The notes: generated from the sequence alone by a model not told the origin. A stretch of DNA of 64,000 nucleotides from Cyanophora paradoxa CCMP329 (GCA_004431415.1 QPMI01000126.1:5442-69441), one strand, 5' to 3'; shown: positions 22,312 to 39,866, counted from the stretch's first letter. Program-made: numbers and translations.

Positions 22312-23571
22312 ATGGCGAAGGCCGGCGAGGATGCCTGGTTTGACAGCAGTGCGATTGCGCCTGGCTCGACGGGCAGGTCGGCGGGCAGGCCACCGCTCGA
22401 TGTAGAGACGGGCGGCGCGCCCACGGTGGCCAGCGGCGACATGCGGTCGACCGCGACGCAGCTGCTAATGGGTCATGTGCGTTACCTTCCTGCGCTGCGC
22501 GCTCCCGTTGCTGACTTCGCACCGCAGGCACTAGATCAGGTTTGTCCCCCAAAGCGGGTCTTGGCGGGCCCCAGCTGACGCGTGCTCACGCTTGTGTGCT
22601 GAGCCTTGACATTTCCGTCCGCCAGGTGCGGCAGCGCGCGTCGGCCTGGAAGGTCCTCATCGGCAACATCGACCCTCTTCGCCCGTATTTCGATCTGGAC
22701 TCCGCAGAGGTGTTGAAGCGCTTCATGTACAGCGTAAGAGACTTTCCCAACCCAACCCGACGCCACCCCGTCTGAACCAACCCCGCCTGCCCGAGCGCAG
22801 CTCGTCCCGCGACCGGCCCTCTCTCACGCCACAATGGTGGCTGCGCCGGACTTCTACGGCCCGCTCGTGTCGTCGTTCACGTTTGGGATGCTGCTGCACA
22901 TGCTGCTCGGCGGTAGCGAGGTGAAGGAGGGGACGCTGCTGGGGACCTCGCTGGGCGTCTGCCTGACGTACTGGATGGTCGCCTCGGGCTTCTACTGGAC
23001 GGTCTCGTACATCCTGCAGTGCGAGCTGCGGCTGCAGTCCGTGGTGTGCCTCACGGGCTACGCGATGAGCGGCTACTGCGCGACGATCGCCGCCCAGCTG
23101 CTCTTCGGGAGCGCCCTCGGCGGCCTCGCCGCCTTCGTCGCCGGCGGCCTTTCCGCCGCCGCCCTCGGCCTCGCCTTCTACCACTCCCACCCGGAGGGCC
23201 GCAAGGGCCTCATGGCCGCCGCCCTCGTCGCCGCCGTCCGCCCCCCTCCTCCCTCGCTTGCCCCCTCCTCCGGGCCTGACCTGCCGAGGGCGCCCCGCAG
23301 GTCCACTTCCTCTTCCTCCTCTTCATCCGCTACCAGTACTTCCCCTCCAACACGCAGGCCCGCCCTGCCTGTGCCCCGCCGCGCCGCGCCCTCCCCGCCG
23401 CTCACAGCACGGGGCGGGCAGGTGACGCGGGGAGCGCCGGAGGCGGCGCCCGGGGCGGGGGCGGAGGAGGGGAAGGGGCAGGAGGAGCGGCACGAGAAGC
23501 AGGACGACGAGAAGCACGAGAAGGAGAAGGGCGGCAAGGAGAAGGATGACAAGGACCGCCTCTTCTTCTGA
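22312..23571 (+). CDS. YIPF3: Yip1-domain Golgi membrane protein, YIPF3-like
   Basis: NIDPLRPYFDLD, PDFYGPL and KEGTLLGTSLGVCLTYW resemble YIPF3 motifs (NIDILRPYFDV, ELYGPL, REGTLMGTAIGTCFGYW). Multiple TM helices; a 12-nt micro-exon gcactagatcag. Confidence 0.8.
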
Positions 23572-23793
23572 GGCGCGCCCCCGCGACCCCCTCGCCCCGC
23601 CCCCCGCCACTCGGCCCCTCCCCGCCTCCGCAACCCCCTTCAGACGCCAACGCCACACCGGCCGTACACGTAGCTTTCCATTGCAAAACGCACGATTATA
23701 AATATCGCGAGGCCGCTTCCGGGGGGAGATGGGGGAGGGTGGCGAGGGGTTGCGGGCAGCAGGGGGCGGGCGGGGGGCAGGGTGGGGTGGGGC

Positions 23794-28412
<4,619 letters not shown>

Positions 28413-28621
28413 CTCTGCGTATCCCGGGCGACCTAACTAACGCTCGCCTGGGGAGCTGGCCGGCGAAGCTAGGCACGGCGCTGGAGCGCTGGTTCTGGAA
28501 AGCTACAACAACGAGCCTAAACATCCGCGGGCCCCGAAGGCCCGCGGCGCGGCTGGATGACGAGGCTGCCCGATTGGCCAACCTTCTGTACCCGTGTTGT
28601 TCTCGTTCCCCCCTTGCAAAA

Positions 28622-30992
28622 ATGAGCGCCGCGACAGAACTGCGCGTCTGCAGCTTCAACGTGCGCCTGGAGCCGGGTGTAGGCGAGCCCGTCGACCCCT
28701 ATCCCTGGGCGAAGCGTCTCCCGCTGTGTGTCTCCACGGTGCTCCCTGCCTGGCTCCTGGTCGCCCGCGCGCGCCGCACGAGCTGACTAGCGGCAGATCG
28801 AGTTCCACCGGATCGATCTTGTGAGCATACAGGTCCGCGTTCCTGCGCGCGGCCCGCGCGCGAGCCTCGAAGAGGCGCTGCGCATGCGTACGCGGGTCCC
28901 GTAGCGGATCGAAGCCTTCGAGCGTGATCTGCCGGCTCATGCGCTACGACTTGGGCACCTTTCAATGCCGTGGTCCGCACGCAGGAGGCGTTCGCGCATC
29001 AGGCCAAGGACCTCGCGGACGCTCTGCCTGGTGCGGAAGCTTGACGCACCCCGTTTTCAAAACTCAGCGGGGCCTCAGAGTTCACGTTCGTCATGGGCGC
29101 GGCGCGCGACGGCGTGGACGGAGAGCGAGTGCGGCCGGTCCCGCTGCCGCGGCGCGTCCCATGACCAAGGCCAGCCAGCTCATGCACGCCCCGCTGCAGC
29201 TGCCCATCGCCCTTCGCACGCGGCGCTTCGAGGTCGTCTCGTCGCGGAACTTCTGGTTCTCGGAAACGCCGTCGAAGGTCGGCAGCATGAGCTGGGTGCG
29301 CGCCATGAATCAGCGGTGCCGGCAGCTTTCGAATTCTTTGGCGATGGCTGATCGTGCCGTCGGGGCGAAGGATTCAACTTGCCCCAGGCATTGCCACGTG
29401 GTTCGCCGCCGGCCTTGCTGCCCCTGGCGGGCGCGGAGGCGGGCGCGCGGGGGCAGGTGACGGTACGGGACTGGGGCGCGGGGGGGCGGCGGCTGCTGCT
29501 CCTCAACGCGCACCTCGACCACGCCGGCTCCCGCGCCAAGGTCGAGGGTCCGCCCCGGCCCCACGCGCCCGCCTGGGCCCCGGGCCGGCGTCGAGCCGCG
29601 GGCGGCAGCCGGCCGCATCCTGCACGGGCTTGTCCAGGAGAGCGAGCTCCCAGCGATCATCCTCGGAGGTTCTCGGCTTGTTGCCCTCCCTGCTTCCGTC
29701 CCCGCGTGCCGGTCGCTCATTTCTCTGCAGACTTCAACAGGTCCCCCGCCCCGCCCCGCCCCGCGCGCGGAGCGCTGCCTCGCCGGCGCGACGCGCGCGC
29801 AGCACTCCGTTCAGCCCGCCCTACAACATGGTGACCACGGGAAGCGTCCACCGCGTCGGTGCGCCCCGCCCCGCCCCCACGGCGCTGAGGCGAGGCGCGC
29901 GGCGAGGCGGCGGCAGACGCGCCAGCGCCGACGCTGCGGACGCGGATGCGGGTCGCGGGGGAGACGGTGCTCGCCGTCGGGGCGGTCGCGCTGAGCGTCT
30001 GGCGGCGCCGCGTGCGCCGGGCCGCCGTGTGCGGGGCGACGCCCCCTCGGAGGGCGAGGAGCGCGAGGAGGGCGGGCGGAGGCGGACGCGGAGGTGCGGC
30101 GCGCCTCGCTGGTGGGCATGAGCGCGGCGGGGCGGCGGGAGCCGAGGAGGCCCGCGCCGAGGCCGCCGCCTCCCTCGCCGCCCTCGACGCCCCCGACGGC
30201 CCCGGCGGCCCCAACGGCGCCGAGCCCGAGGGCGGCGAGGCGGGGGGCCCTGCGGCCGCCTCGGAGCAGGAGCAGCCGCGGGGGACGCCCTCCCCGGGGC
30301 CCCGCCGGCCCCTCCACGACGCCCGCTTCCGGCCCGCCGCCCCGCCCCGCCCGGCCCCCGCCCGCCCGGCGGCCCGCCTCCTGACGCGCCGGCCGCGCAG
30401 CTCCATCGCGCCGCACCACGGCCCGCTTACGACTTTCACCGGTCCGCCCCGGCGCCCAACCCCGCCCCGCCCCTCTGCCCCGCCCGACGCCGTGCAGGCT
30501 TCCCCGGGACGGTCTCGGTGCTGTGGCGCGGCCTCATCGACTTCTGCGTGCGCCCGCCGCCCCGCCCCGACTCGCCCTCCGACGCTCCCCGGACCCCTCC
30601 GGCTCCCCGGCTCCCTGCGATCATCGGATGCCGCCGCGCGCGCAGTTCGTGACGGACGACTGGACGGTCCTCCGGTGCGCCCCTTCCCGCGCTTCTCAGC
30701 TCCCTTCAGTTGGCTACGCTCTGAGCGCGGGGCGCATACAGGCACGGGGTCATCGCGGCGTGCCCCGCCCCGCCCCTCGACCCACCCCTCGCCCCTTGCT
30801 GAGCGCGCAGCCGCAGGACGATTTCGGCGGCCCGGTCCCCAGCGACCACCGTGGGCACCCCGCCCCGCGCCGCCCCGCGCTAGAGAGCCCAGGCCGGGAG
30901 CGGCCCGACGGTCCCGCGCAGGCCCCGTGGTGGCCGACGTCGTCCTCCGCACCCCGCTCTCCGAGGCGCCCCGCGCCCCCGCCCTCGTCTGA
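28622..30992 (+). CDS. Endonuclease/exonuclease/phosphatase (EEP) family protein, multi-exon
   Basis: Motifs LRVCSFNVR, W..RLP, FWFSETPSKVGSMSW, LLNAHLDH, ILG/DFN, IDF and PSDH/RPVVADV. Some exon boundaries are uncertain. Confidence 0.8.
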
Positions 30993-31233
30993 GCCTCGGA
31001 GGCCCCTTATGCCTGCACGAGAGCAACGAAACAAATCCCTGACATCGACCACTCCGGTCGGACCCAGCACATGGACCCTGCCCCCCTTTCCCGCGCTCCA
31101 GCGTGGTTTCAAGTTTCTGACTGTTTCTGATCCAAGGACATAGATCACCGCTAGCGAAAGATGACGGGGGTTAAGCACGGAGCGGGCCGAATGGTGCGCT
31201 GGGGCGCGTGTTTGGCGAACGGAAGCATGCCGC

Positions 31234-32165
31234 TTAGGACACGAGGGCCGAGGCGGTCGACGACTCGCTGCGAGCGCGAGTGAAAAGGTCAGAAAACCGA
31301 CGCGCGCACGTGCGAGGGGGAGAGCCGCGGGGCGCGGGGGGCTGCGCACTACTTCCAGTTCGGGGCGAGCTGCTTGGTGCGCTTGTAGTAGCGGGCCAGG
31401 CGGTGGATACGGGCCTCGACCAGAATGAGGCGGAACTTGGAGTCCCGGTCCTTCCGGTTGCGCTCAAGGTGCTTGCGGATGGCGACCGCCTTCTTGATGA
31501 GGTAGTAGAGGTCCTCCGGGAGATCCGGGGCCATGCCTGAGTAGGAAAAACGGGGCCGCAGAAGCGGGTTGCCCGTACATCATGAGAATGCCGCAGCCGA
31601 AACCGCAGGCATCTCTTTGCTGCGATCAGCAATGGAGTCTCGAGCCGGGTGGCCCAGCGAAACGAGATCCATGCCGAGAGCTACAGGGAGGGCCGGGGCT
31701 CACCGTTGGCCTTCAGGATGCGGAGGATCTTGCTGCCGGTGACGCTGCGGACCTGGGCGATGCCGTGCGAGTCGCGGAGGATCACACCGATCTGGCTGGG
31801 GGTGAAGCCCTTCTTGGCGAGCTTCGACACGTGGTCGACGACATCGCCGGAAGAGATCTTCAGCCACGAGGGCGGAGTGCGCTTGTAGGGCAGAGCCGAG
31901 GAGCTCATGCCCTTGCTGCGGCGCGATCGAGAGCGTCAGACAACGTGCGGCCGCGCGGGCTGGGCCCGCGTCCCGATTCCAACATCGCCGGCCTATCCTG
32001 CGCACCCGAAACTGTGCATGCGACCTGCGTGGTACGATCGCGGGCCGCGCGTCAGACGAATTCCGCGACGGGCCGGAGCCGAGCGCGGCTATCCACCCCA
32101 GTCGCATCGCTATCGCCTCGACGGTGCCCCGCCGGGTCGGGCGGGCGCGGGCGGCACGCACCCAT
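31234..32165 (-). CDS. RPS13: 40S ribosomal protein uS15 (S13), 5 exons
   Basis: Spliced [27 protein letters not shown]...[13 protein letters not shown]...[46 protein letters not shown]...[14 protein letters not shown]. Confidence 0.98.
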
Positions 32166-32280
32166 GGTTGCGACTTGTCCTAGATCAAGTGTGCCGTACC
32201 CCCGCGCTCCCCTCGACGATACCCCCCTCACTTTCGAATTTTTCGGCGCGAAGAGCAGAGCGCCGCGGCGACGAAGTAGA
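32166..32280. promoter_or_regulatory. Putative bidirectional promoter (RPS13 / MSH6)
   Basis: 115 bp between divergent ATGs. GTACCCC at 32196-32202 and TTTCGAATTT at ~32232-32241. Confidence 0.6.
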
Positions 32281-35200
32281 ATGCCGCCGAAGAAGAGCGC
32301 CGCGACGGCGCCGGCGCCGGGCGTCAAAAGCATGAGCATTAAAAGCTTCTTTGCCGTCGCCCCCGCGAAGCCGAAGCCCGAGACGGAGCCGGCGGCGGCG
32401 ACGCCCGCAAGAGCCGAGCCGGCAGCGCCGGAGCCCGAGACGGAGCTGACGGCGGCGAAGAAGGCGCCGCCCGCGTCTGAGAAGCCGGCCGCCAAGCCCG
32501 CGCCCAGCGGCGGGCTGGAGTTCGCGTCGCCGCCGCCGCCGTCGAAGAAGACCAAGTCCCCGGCCCGCGCCCCGCCGGCGGAGCGGACAGGTGCGATTGT
32601 TCATTCGCCGGGCGTACGCGCGCTGCGCTGATCTGGGGCGGGCAGTCGAGAAGAAGCAGCGCCCTGCCGAGGAGGCCGCACGGCAAGAGAAGCCGGCCGC
32701 AAAGGAGTCGAAGCCGAAGGAGGCGAAGCAGCAGAAAGAGAGAGCTGAGAAATCGAAGGAGGAGCGGGCCGAGGCGAAGGAGAAGGGCGAGAAGAAGGAG
32801 AAGAAGGCAAAGAAGGCGGCGCCCACGAGCTTCAGCCCGATCCGCCCGCGCCGCTCTCGCGCCGCCAGTGCCGCGGCAAGCTCGAGCGCCGAGGTGCGGG
32901 CCGCCGCTGATCCTACCCGTCTCGCGCCGACGATGGGCCAGCAGGACGGCGGGAAGAAGCGGCGGCTGGTGCAGGCCCCGGCGGGCGGGGCGGACGAAGA
33001 GGAGGAGTACACGGGCCTGGAGGCGATCGCGGCGCTCAAGGCGGAGGAGAGCGGGGAGGAGGGCGGGGCGCGGGAGTACGAGGTGACGCTGACGGCGGAC
33101 GGGGAGAGCGAGTCGGAGTACAGCGAGTCGAGCGAGGAGGCGGCGTCGGACAGCCAGGAGAGCAGCAGCGGCAGCGAGGAGAGCGGCAGCGAGGCGAGCG
33201 GCGCCTCCGGCAGCGGCAGCGGCGAGGAGAGCGACGCCGCCTCCCTCGTCAGCGAGGGCGAGGAGGAGGCCCCGAAGGCCAAGCGCCGCGCCAAGGCCCC
33301 CGCCCGCACCCCGCCGGCGAGCGGGAAGAAGGGGAAGCGGGGCGCGCCGGGGAGCGCTGGCAAGGGGGCGGAGAGGAGCCCCGCGGCGAAGCGGGGGCGC
33401 CTCGTCAAGCGCGCCGCCTCCGACGACGAGGCCGGGGCCGGGGCGGGGGAGGAGACCCCCGAGAAGGCCCCCGCCGAGGCGGAGGAGGCGGCGGAGGAGG
33501 CCGAGGCGGAGGCGGCGGGGCAGGAGGAGGCGGCGGAGCAAGAGGAGGCGGGCGGGGAGGAGGCGGCCGAGCAGGAGGGGGACGAGGAGGCGGACAAGTA
33601 CGCGCAGTTCGCCTTCACGCAGGCCGTGCGCGTCCCTCGGCCCCGCCGCCGCGCCTCGGGCGGAGCCGACGGGGCGGCAGGCGGGGCGGAAGGAGGGGCC
33701 GGGGAAGCGGAGCGCGGCGGCGCAGCGGTACATCGCCTCGCAGCGCGGGGCGCCCGTCGGCGACGACCGCGCCCGCGTCCGCCCGCCCGCCCGCCCCGCC
33801 CGCGCAGCGCTCGTGCAGGCGCCCGACGCCGGCCGGCAGGTCTCGATCGCGGCGGGGCGGGCGGCGAAGTTCGAGGCGGCGAACCAGGAGCGCTACTCGT
33901 GGCTCGCCGACGAGCGGGACGCGCAGGGGCGGCGCCCCGGCGAGGAGGGCTACGACGCCAGCACGCTGCGCGTCCCCGCCGACAAGTTCGCCAAGCTCTC
34001 CGACTTCGAGAAGCAGTACTGGACGCGCGCCCCGCCCGCCCCACCGCCGCCGCCGCGGCCTCACGCGCCGGCGGCAGCATCAAGAAGGACAACTGGGACA
34101 AGGTCGTCTTCTTCGTGCGCGGCCGCCCGCCCCGCCCCCGCGCCCCGGCCCCGCGCCCCGCGCCCGCTCACGCACGCCCTCCGCCCCGCAGAAAAAGGGC
34201 AAGTTCTACGGTGCGGGGGCCGGGGCGGGCGTCGGCGCCTGCTGCGCGCCGAGCGCGGGGGCGCAGAGCTGTACGAGAAGGACGCGGACGTGGGCCACCG
34301 GGAGCTCGACCTGAAGCTGACGGACCGGGTGAACATGCGGATGTGCGGGGTGCCGGAGAGCACCTTCGAGATGTGGGCCGCCAAGCTCGTCGCCCGCGGC
34401 TACAAGGTCGTCCGCGTCGAGCAGATGGAGCGCCTCCGTGACGCCGACCGCCGCCGCGCCCAGGCCCGGCCCCCAGCCCCGGCCCCCGCCCCGCTCCCGG
34501 CTACTGAGGCGGGGCCGTGGCAGGGGGGCGGGAAGGAGACGAAGGTGTGCCAGCGGGAGGTGTGCGGGGTGCTGACGGCGGGGACGCTGGTGGAGGAGGC
34601 GATGATCGCCTCGCCCGAGGCCGTCTACCTCCTCGCCCTCCGCGAGGCCCGGCTCGAGGGCCCCGCCGCGGGGCGGCGCTTCGGGGTCTGCGTGGTGGAC
34701 GCGGCGCGGGGCGAGTTCGCGGTGGGCTCCTTCGAGGACGACGCGGCGCTCTCGGCGCTGGAGACGCTGCTGCTGCAGCTGCAGCCGCGCGAGCTCGTGT
34801 ACGAGCGCGCCAACCTCTCCCCGGAGGCCCGCCGCATGCTCCGGCGCCTGCCCCGGGCCGTCGCCTCGGAGACGCCCCCCGCCAAGGCCCCCGCCGCCTG
34901 GTGCCCCGAGGCCGCGCGCGACCGCCTCCGCACCGGCGGCTACTTCGCCGACCCGGCGCCACCGCCGACGGTGCGCCAGCCGGCCGGCCCGCGCCCGGCC
35001 CGGGGGCGAGACGGGGCGCGGGGCGCAGAGGCGGAGTGGCCGGAGGCGCTGCGGGAGGCGATGGGGGAGCCGCTGGCGGGGGCGGCCTTCGCGGGATGCC
35101 TCTCGTACCTGCGCGAGGTCCTCCGCGACGAGGCCCTCGTCTCCGCCCGCCGCTTTCGCCCCTACGACCCCCGCGGCGAGGCCGCCGCCGCCCGCCACCT

Positions 35201-37782
35201 CGTCCTCGACGGCAAGGTCCGCCCCGCCACCGCCCCGCCGCCCCGCCGCGCCTTGGGGCGGGCCTCAGGGGCGGCGGGGCAGGCGCTGGCGAACCTGGAG
35301 GTGCTGGAGGGCGGGGCCTCCCCCGCCGTCGCCGTTGGCGCCGCCCTCGACGCGGGGACGGCGCGCCGCGCGGCGGGGTCCCTGCTGGCGCTGCTGGACC
35401 GCACGGCGACGCCCTTCGGGGCCGCCTGCTGCGCGCGTGGCTGTGCGCGCCGCTGCGGCGGAGGGAGGAGATCGAGGACCGCCTCGACGCCGTCGAGGAC
35501 TTGCACGCCCTCGCGCCCCGCCACGGTGCGGCCGCACCCCCGCCCCTGCCGCCCGCCCCCGCCCGCGCTCACGCCGACTGCACAGGCGAGCTGCGGGCCC
35601 TCCTCAAGTCCCTCCCCGACCTGGAGCGCGGCATCGCGCGCGCCCACGCCGGCGCCCGCCGCTCCACCTACGGCGTCGTGCGCCCCGGCGCCGGCCCCCG
35701 CCGCGCCCCGCCGGCGGCGGCCTGAGGGGGCGGCAGATGTTCGACAACAGCGAGGTGAAGCGCCTGCGGGCCTTCCTCGACCTCCTCGCCGCCCTCCGCA
35801 AGGCCCTCGTCCGCCCCCGCCGCCCCGCCCCGCCCCGCCCCGCCCCGCGGGCCGAGCGGGGCGGGGCGGCGCAGGAGGTGCCGGCGCTGCTGGCAAAGGA
35901 GGCGGCCGGCTTCAAGTCGCGCCGCCTGCGCGCCCTCGCCACCCTCGGCGACGCCTTCCCGACCTCGCCCCGCTGTCCGCGCCCCGCCCGCCCGCCCGCC
36001 CCGCCGCGGTGCCCCGGGGCCGACGGCGGGGGCCGGGGCAGGCTGGAGGAGGTGGCGCGGGGCTTCGACCTGCAGGCGGCGCGCAAGGAGGGCTCCCCCG
36101 GCCTCGTCCCCGAGGCGGGGACGGTGCCCGAGTACGAGGCGGCGGCGGCCGAGGTGGCGGCCCTCGAGGGGCGCCTCGAGGAGATCCTGCGCGACGCGCG
36201 CCGCCGCCTCAAGTGCCCCGCCCTCGCCTTCCGCACCATGGGCAAGGAGGAGTACCTGCTGGAGGTCCCCGCGCAGGCCGCCCGCGACCTCCCCACGTCC
36301 TGGTCCGAGGCCTCCTCCACCAAGGCCCGCCCCCCGCCCCGCCCCGCCCCGCCCCGCCCGCCCCGCCCCGCCCGCCCCGCCTGACGCGGGGCGCAGGCGG
36401 TGAAGCGGTACGAGGCGGCGGAGGTGAAGGCGCTGCTGGGGCCCCTCGCCGAGGCCCGCGACCGGCGGGAGACGGCGCAGGCGGACCTGCTGCGCCTCCT
36501 CATGGGCCGCTTCAGCGCCCACGGGGAGGCCTGGCGCGCCGCTGTCGCCGCCCTCGCCGAGATCGACTGCCTGCTCGCCCTCTCCCTCGCCTCGTTCGGG
36601 CTGGAGGGGCCGATGTGCCGCCCGCGGCTCGTGGAGGCCGGCCAGGGGGGCCCCGTGCTGCGCCTCAAGGGCAGCCGGCACCCGTGCGTGGTGCCCCCCG
36701 CGGGGCAGCCCTTCATCCCCAACGACATCGCCCTCGGCGGCGACGGCGCCCCGCCCGTCGCCCTCGTCACGGGGCCCAACATGGGCGGCAAGGCGCGCCG
36801 CCCCCCCGCGCTGCCCCGCGGGGCGGGGCTGACGTGGCGGGGCGCAGTCGACGCTGCTGCGGCAGGCGTGCGTGGCGGTGGTGATGGCGCAGGTCGGCTG
36901 CTTCGTCCCCGCGGAGGAGTGCGTCCTCTCCCCCGTCGACCGCCTCTTCACGCGCATCGGCGCCGCCGACCGCATCCTCGCCGGCGAGTCCACCTTCGCC
37001 GTCGAGCTCCACGAGGCCCGCCCCGCCCGCCCCGCCCGCCCCGCCCCGGGCGAGGCGGCGGGGCGCAGACGGCGGGGGTGCTGCGGCACGCGACGCAGGA
37101 CAGCCTGGTGATCCTCGACGAGCTGGGGCGGGGCACGTTGACCTTCGACGGCGTCTCCATCGCCCACGCCGTCCTCCACACCCTCGCCGCCTCCACCCGC
37201 TGCCGCACCCTCTTCTCCACCCACTACCACATGCTCACCGACTGGTCGGTTTCGGCCCGCCCCCTCCCGGCCCGCCCCGCCCCCGTGCGAGGGGCGCGCA
37301 GGGTCTCGGCCCCGGGCTCCGAGGCGGCCGTCGGCCTCTACCACATGCAGAGCCTCGTCGAAGACTCGCAGTGCGCGGCGCCCTCGCCCCGCCCCGCCCC
37401 GCCCCGCCCCGCCCCGCCCCGCAAGGGCCTGAGCCGCCGGCGGGGCAGGCGGCGGGTGACGTTCCTGTACAAGTTCGCGGCGGGGTGTGCCCGCGCTCGT
37501 ACGGCCTCAACGTGGCGGCCCTCGCGCGCCTGCCCGAGGCCGTCTTGGCCCGCGCCGCCGCCCTCGGCGCCTCCTTCGAGAGCGAGACCTTCGAGCGCCG
37601 CAAGCGGTGCCGCCCCGCCCCGCCGCCCCGCCCCCGGGCCCCGCCGGCCTGGCCTGAAGCCGCGGGGCGGCAGGGCGCGGGAGGCGGCGCTGGACGAGGG
37701 CCTCGAGCGCTGCAAGCGCGCCCTCCGCGCCGCCGCCGCCGGCGACGCCCCCGCCCTCCGCGCCGCCCTCGCCCGCCCCTGA
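32281..37782 (+). CDS. MSH6: DNA mismatch repair protein MSH6, ~20 exons
   Basis: PIP-box-like SMSIKSFF and a long acidic N-terminus, followed by [95 protein letters not shown] and VTFLYK. A few single-base homopolymer frameshifts are probably consensus errors. Confidence 0.93.
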
Positions 37783-37901
37783 CCCGCCCCGCCCCGCGCA
37801 TCCCTCCGGTTCGGGCGTTCAATCGCAGAGAGCGAGAGGGCGGGGGTCAGCGGGGCGCCGGGGCTGGCGGGGCGGGGGGCCGGTAGAGGACGGAGCCCGG
37901 G

Positions 37902-39866
37902 ACGGACGTGGGCGTGCACGGTGGGGGCCACGTGCAAGCGCAAAATTTGGCCGTTAACAGCAGAGCAAGTTAGGCCGTTACTGTGTCGACTTGGAGCTGC
38001 TCGGTGGCCAAACCAGGGGCCAGATGTTAGGAGACAGCGCCTTGATCACGAAACGAGAAAAGCCGGGGAGGCTTGCCTACAGGTTGGAAGGGCAAGCAGG
38101 GCGCCGCATGCAAAGACCAGTCAGGGAACACATGCTCGGGCGGTCAAGAAAACAGCTCGCACCAGGGTCTGATCGATGCCCTCCTTCTTGCCCTTCTCCA
38201 GGCCCTTCTCCAGGCCCTCCTTTAGGGACTCCGCCATTGCCTTCTCGAGCTGCGGCGCGGCGTAAAACACTCGCCGCTCAGGTGGTACCGCTGAACGCAG
38301 AACAACAACAACGCACATCGGCTCGAGTGTACAGGCGGCCACTCGCAGCGGTGTCCCGTCTGCTGCGCAAGACGACGCGCGGTGTACCGGTCACATTGGG
38401 GGGCGCTAAATATTCGAGCGCGCGCCCTGCACGAACCCTGACGGGTCTTCGTTATCCGCTCGTCGACTCTTTGACATTGAAATGCATATGCCGACAGCTG
38501 CTCGGCGACGACCAAATTCTCGCAGCTTCCTGCGCGAGAGGTCATGTGCCAGGGTCGCCGTCAGCAGCGGGCAAGAAAAACGTTGAGCTCACCGCTCAGG
38601 CGGGAAAAACTCGACTGGCGGGACTCCGGTCATGAAGGCGAGCCGCTTCGACTTCGGATTCGCCCCAGGCCGCGTGTGTGGTGCGTGATGCTCGAGGAAT
38701 TTCGCAGCAAACATTGAGAAAATCTGAAGTCGCGTAGGGTGAACGGTCGGCTGTTGCTGTGGGGTCTTGGTAAACAACACCAGCGCCTGAGGCAACGAGG
38801 CAACACGGCTAAGTGAGGGTATTGCATTTGCTGATTCAGTCAACCCGTCGGGTAAGTTTGTGCAACAGGAGTCGGCCTTGGGGAAAGGAGAGGCCCTTAG
38901 GTCTGTGCCTATCTTGTGTCAAACTTCAACTTGATTTTATAGACAAAATTTTTGGACCTAGGTACCCATTTTCGACCCTAGGGAGCACGATGGCGGCGCT
39001 ACTTTTCAAATGTGACACCTCTAACAAGCACTAACAGCACGTACGAACGAAATTGTTCGCGTTAAGCCCGAACGCCATTGGCCAAAAAGCTCAATCGCCC
39101 CATTCACGGACAAGCGCAAATGTCATTGGCTCCCCTTCGCCAATGCAAATTCTCACAGACTCATAAACAGAGCTGGTGCGCCTGTCATTGTCAGTATACG
39201 TAATTGGTGAGCAGTAGTTGGCAGATCAATTAGGCGCTCGCAATTGAAAGAATTGTTGGCAATCGTTTGGCCAACGTTTGGCCGATCACAACATCAATGA
39301 TTGAATCACCAAAAAACTCTGTTCGTGTGAATTTCAATCGCGATCGACGATCGATCAACGTCGACGTGAAGACGGCCGATTGGGCCCCGCATCGATATCT
39401 GTACCCTTGCAGCACAATTCTGTACCCTCTCACTTGAGTGTGTACCCTTGCCAAGTGGACCCCCCTATTTCTCCTCCCCCCTCCCCCGTAACCGCGCGCG
39501 GTTGCGCATGCGCATGCGGGCCTTGTTATAAAACAAAGAGCGGCCACCCTCACGCCTTGAGACCCCAAGACCCAAGGCCACTCCTGCTCCGCAGGGACTC
39601 GCTTGTTCAGAGAACTTCAGACAGATATCGAAGAAAGTGCATGCTCTGCACCGGCCGTCTTGGTCGATCGATGCCATGATGAGCGGGCCATCCGCAAGGA
39701 TATCGATTTCGATTGGGTTAACGTTGCCAGCAAGTTGCCACAGCTGCCCCGAGCCACGAACAGTTGATCGATGTCGTGAGGCGCGATTGTTGGGCGAGCC
39801 GGCGCCACTCCAGCTGACAACGACGGCGGCTAAGGCAGCGCACTCTCGCTCTCACGGTGCGTCTGT
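37902..39866. other. Lower-GC filler between the duplicated segments, containing a minus-strand spliced gene fragment
   Basis: Abrupt drop in GC. On the minus strand, GT..CAG introns flank exon-like pieces including LEKAMAESLKEGLEKGLEKGKKEGIDQTL (~38160-38250). TGTACCCT occurs x3 at ~39400-39450. Confidence 0.55.

Noticed and set aside
35400-37500. MSH6 copy 1 as a pseudogene
   Set aside because: Its frameshifts are single-base changes in G/C homopolymers and are intact in copy 2 (and vice versa for copy 2's own indels), typical of long-read consensus error.
38160-38250. Rpn/PD-(D/E)XK transposase
   Set aside because: Only the generic EGxxKG repeat is visible; I found no nuclease motif.
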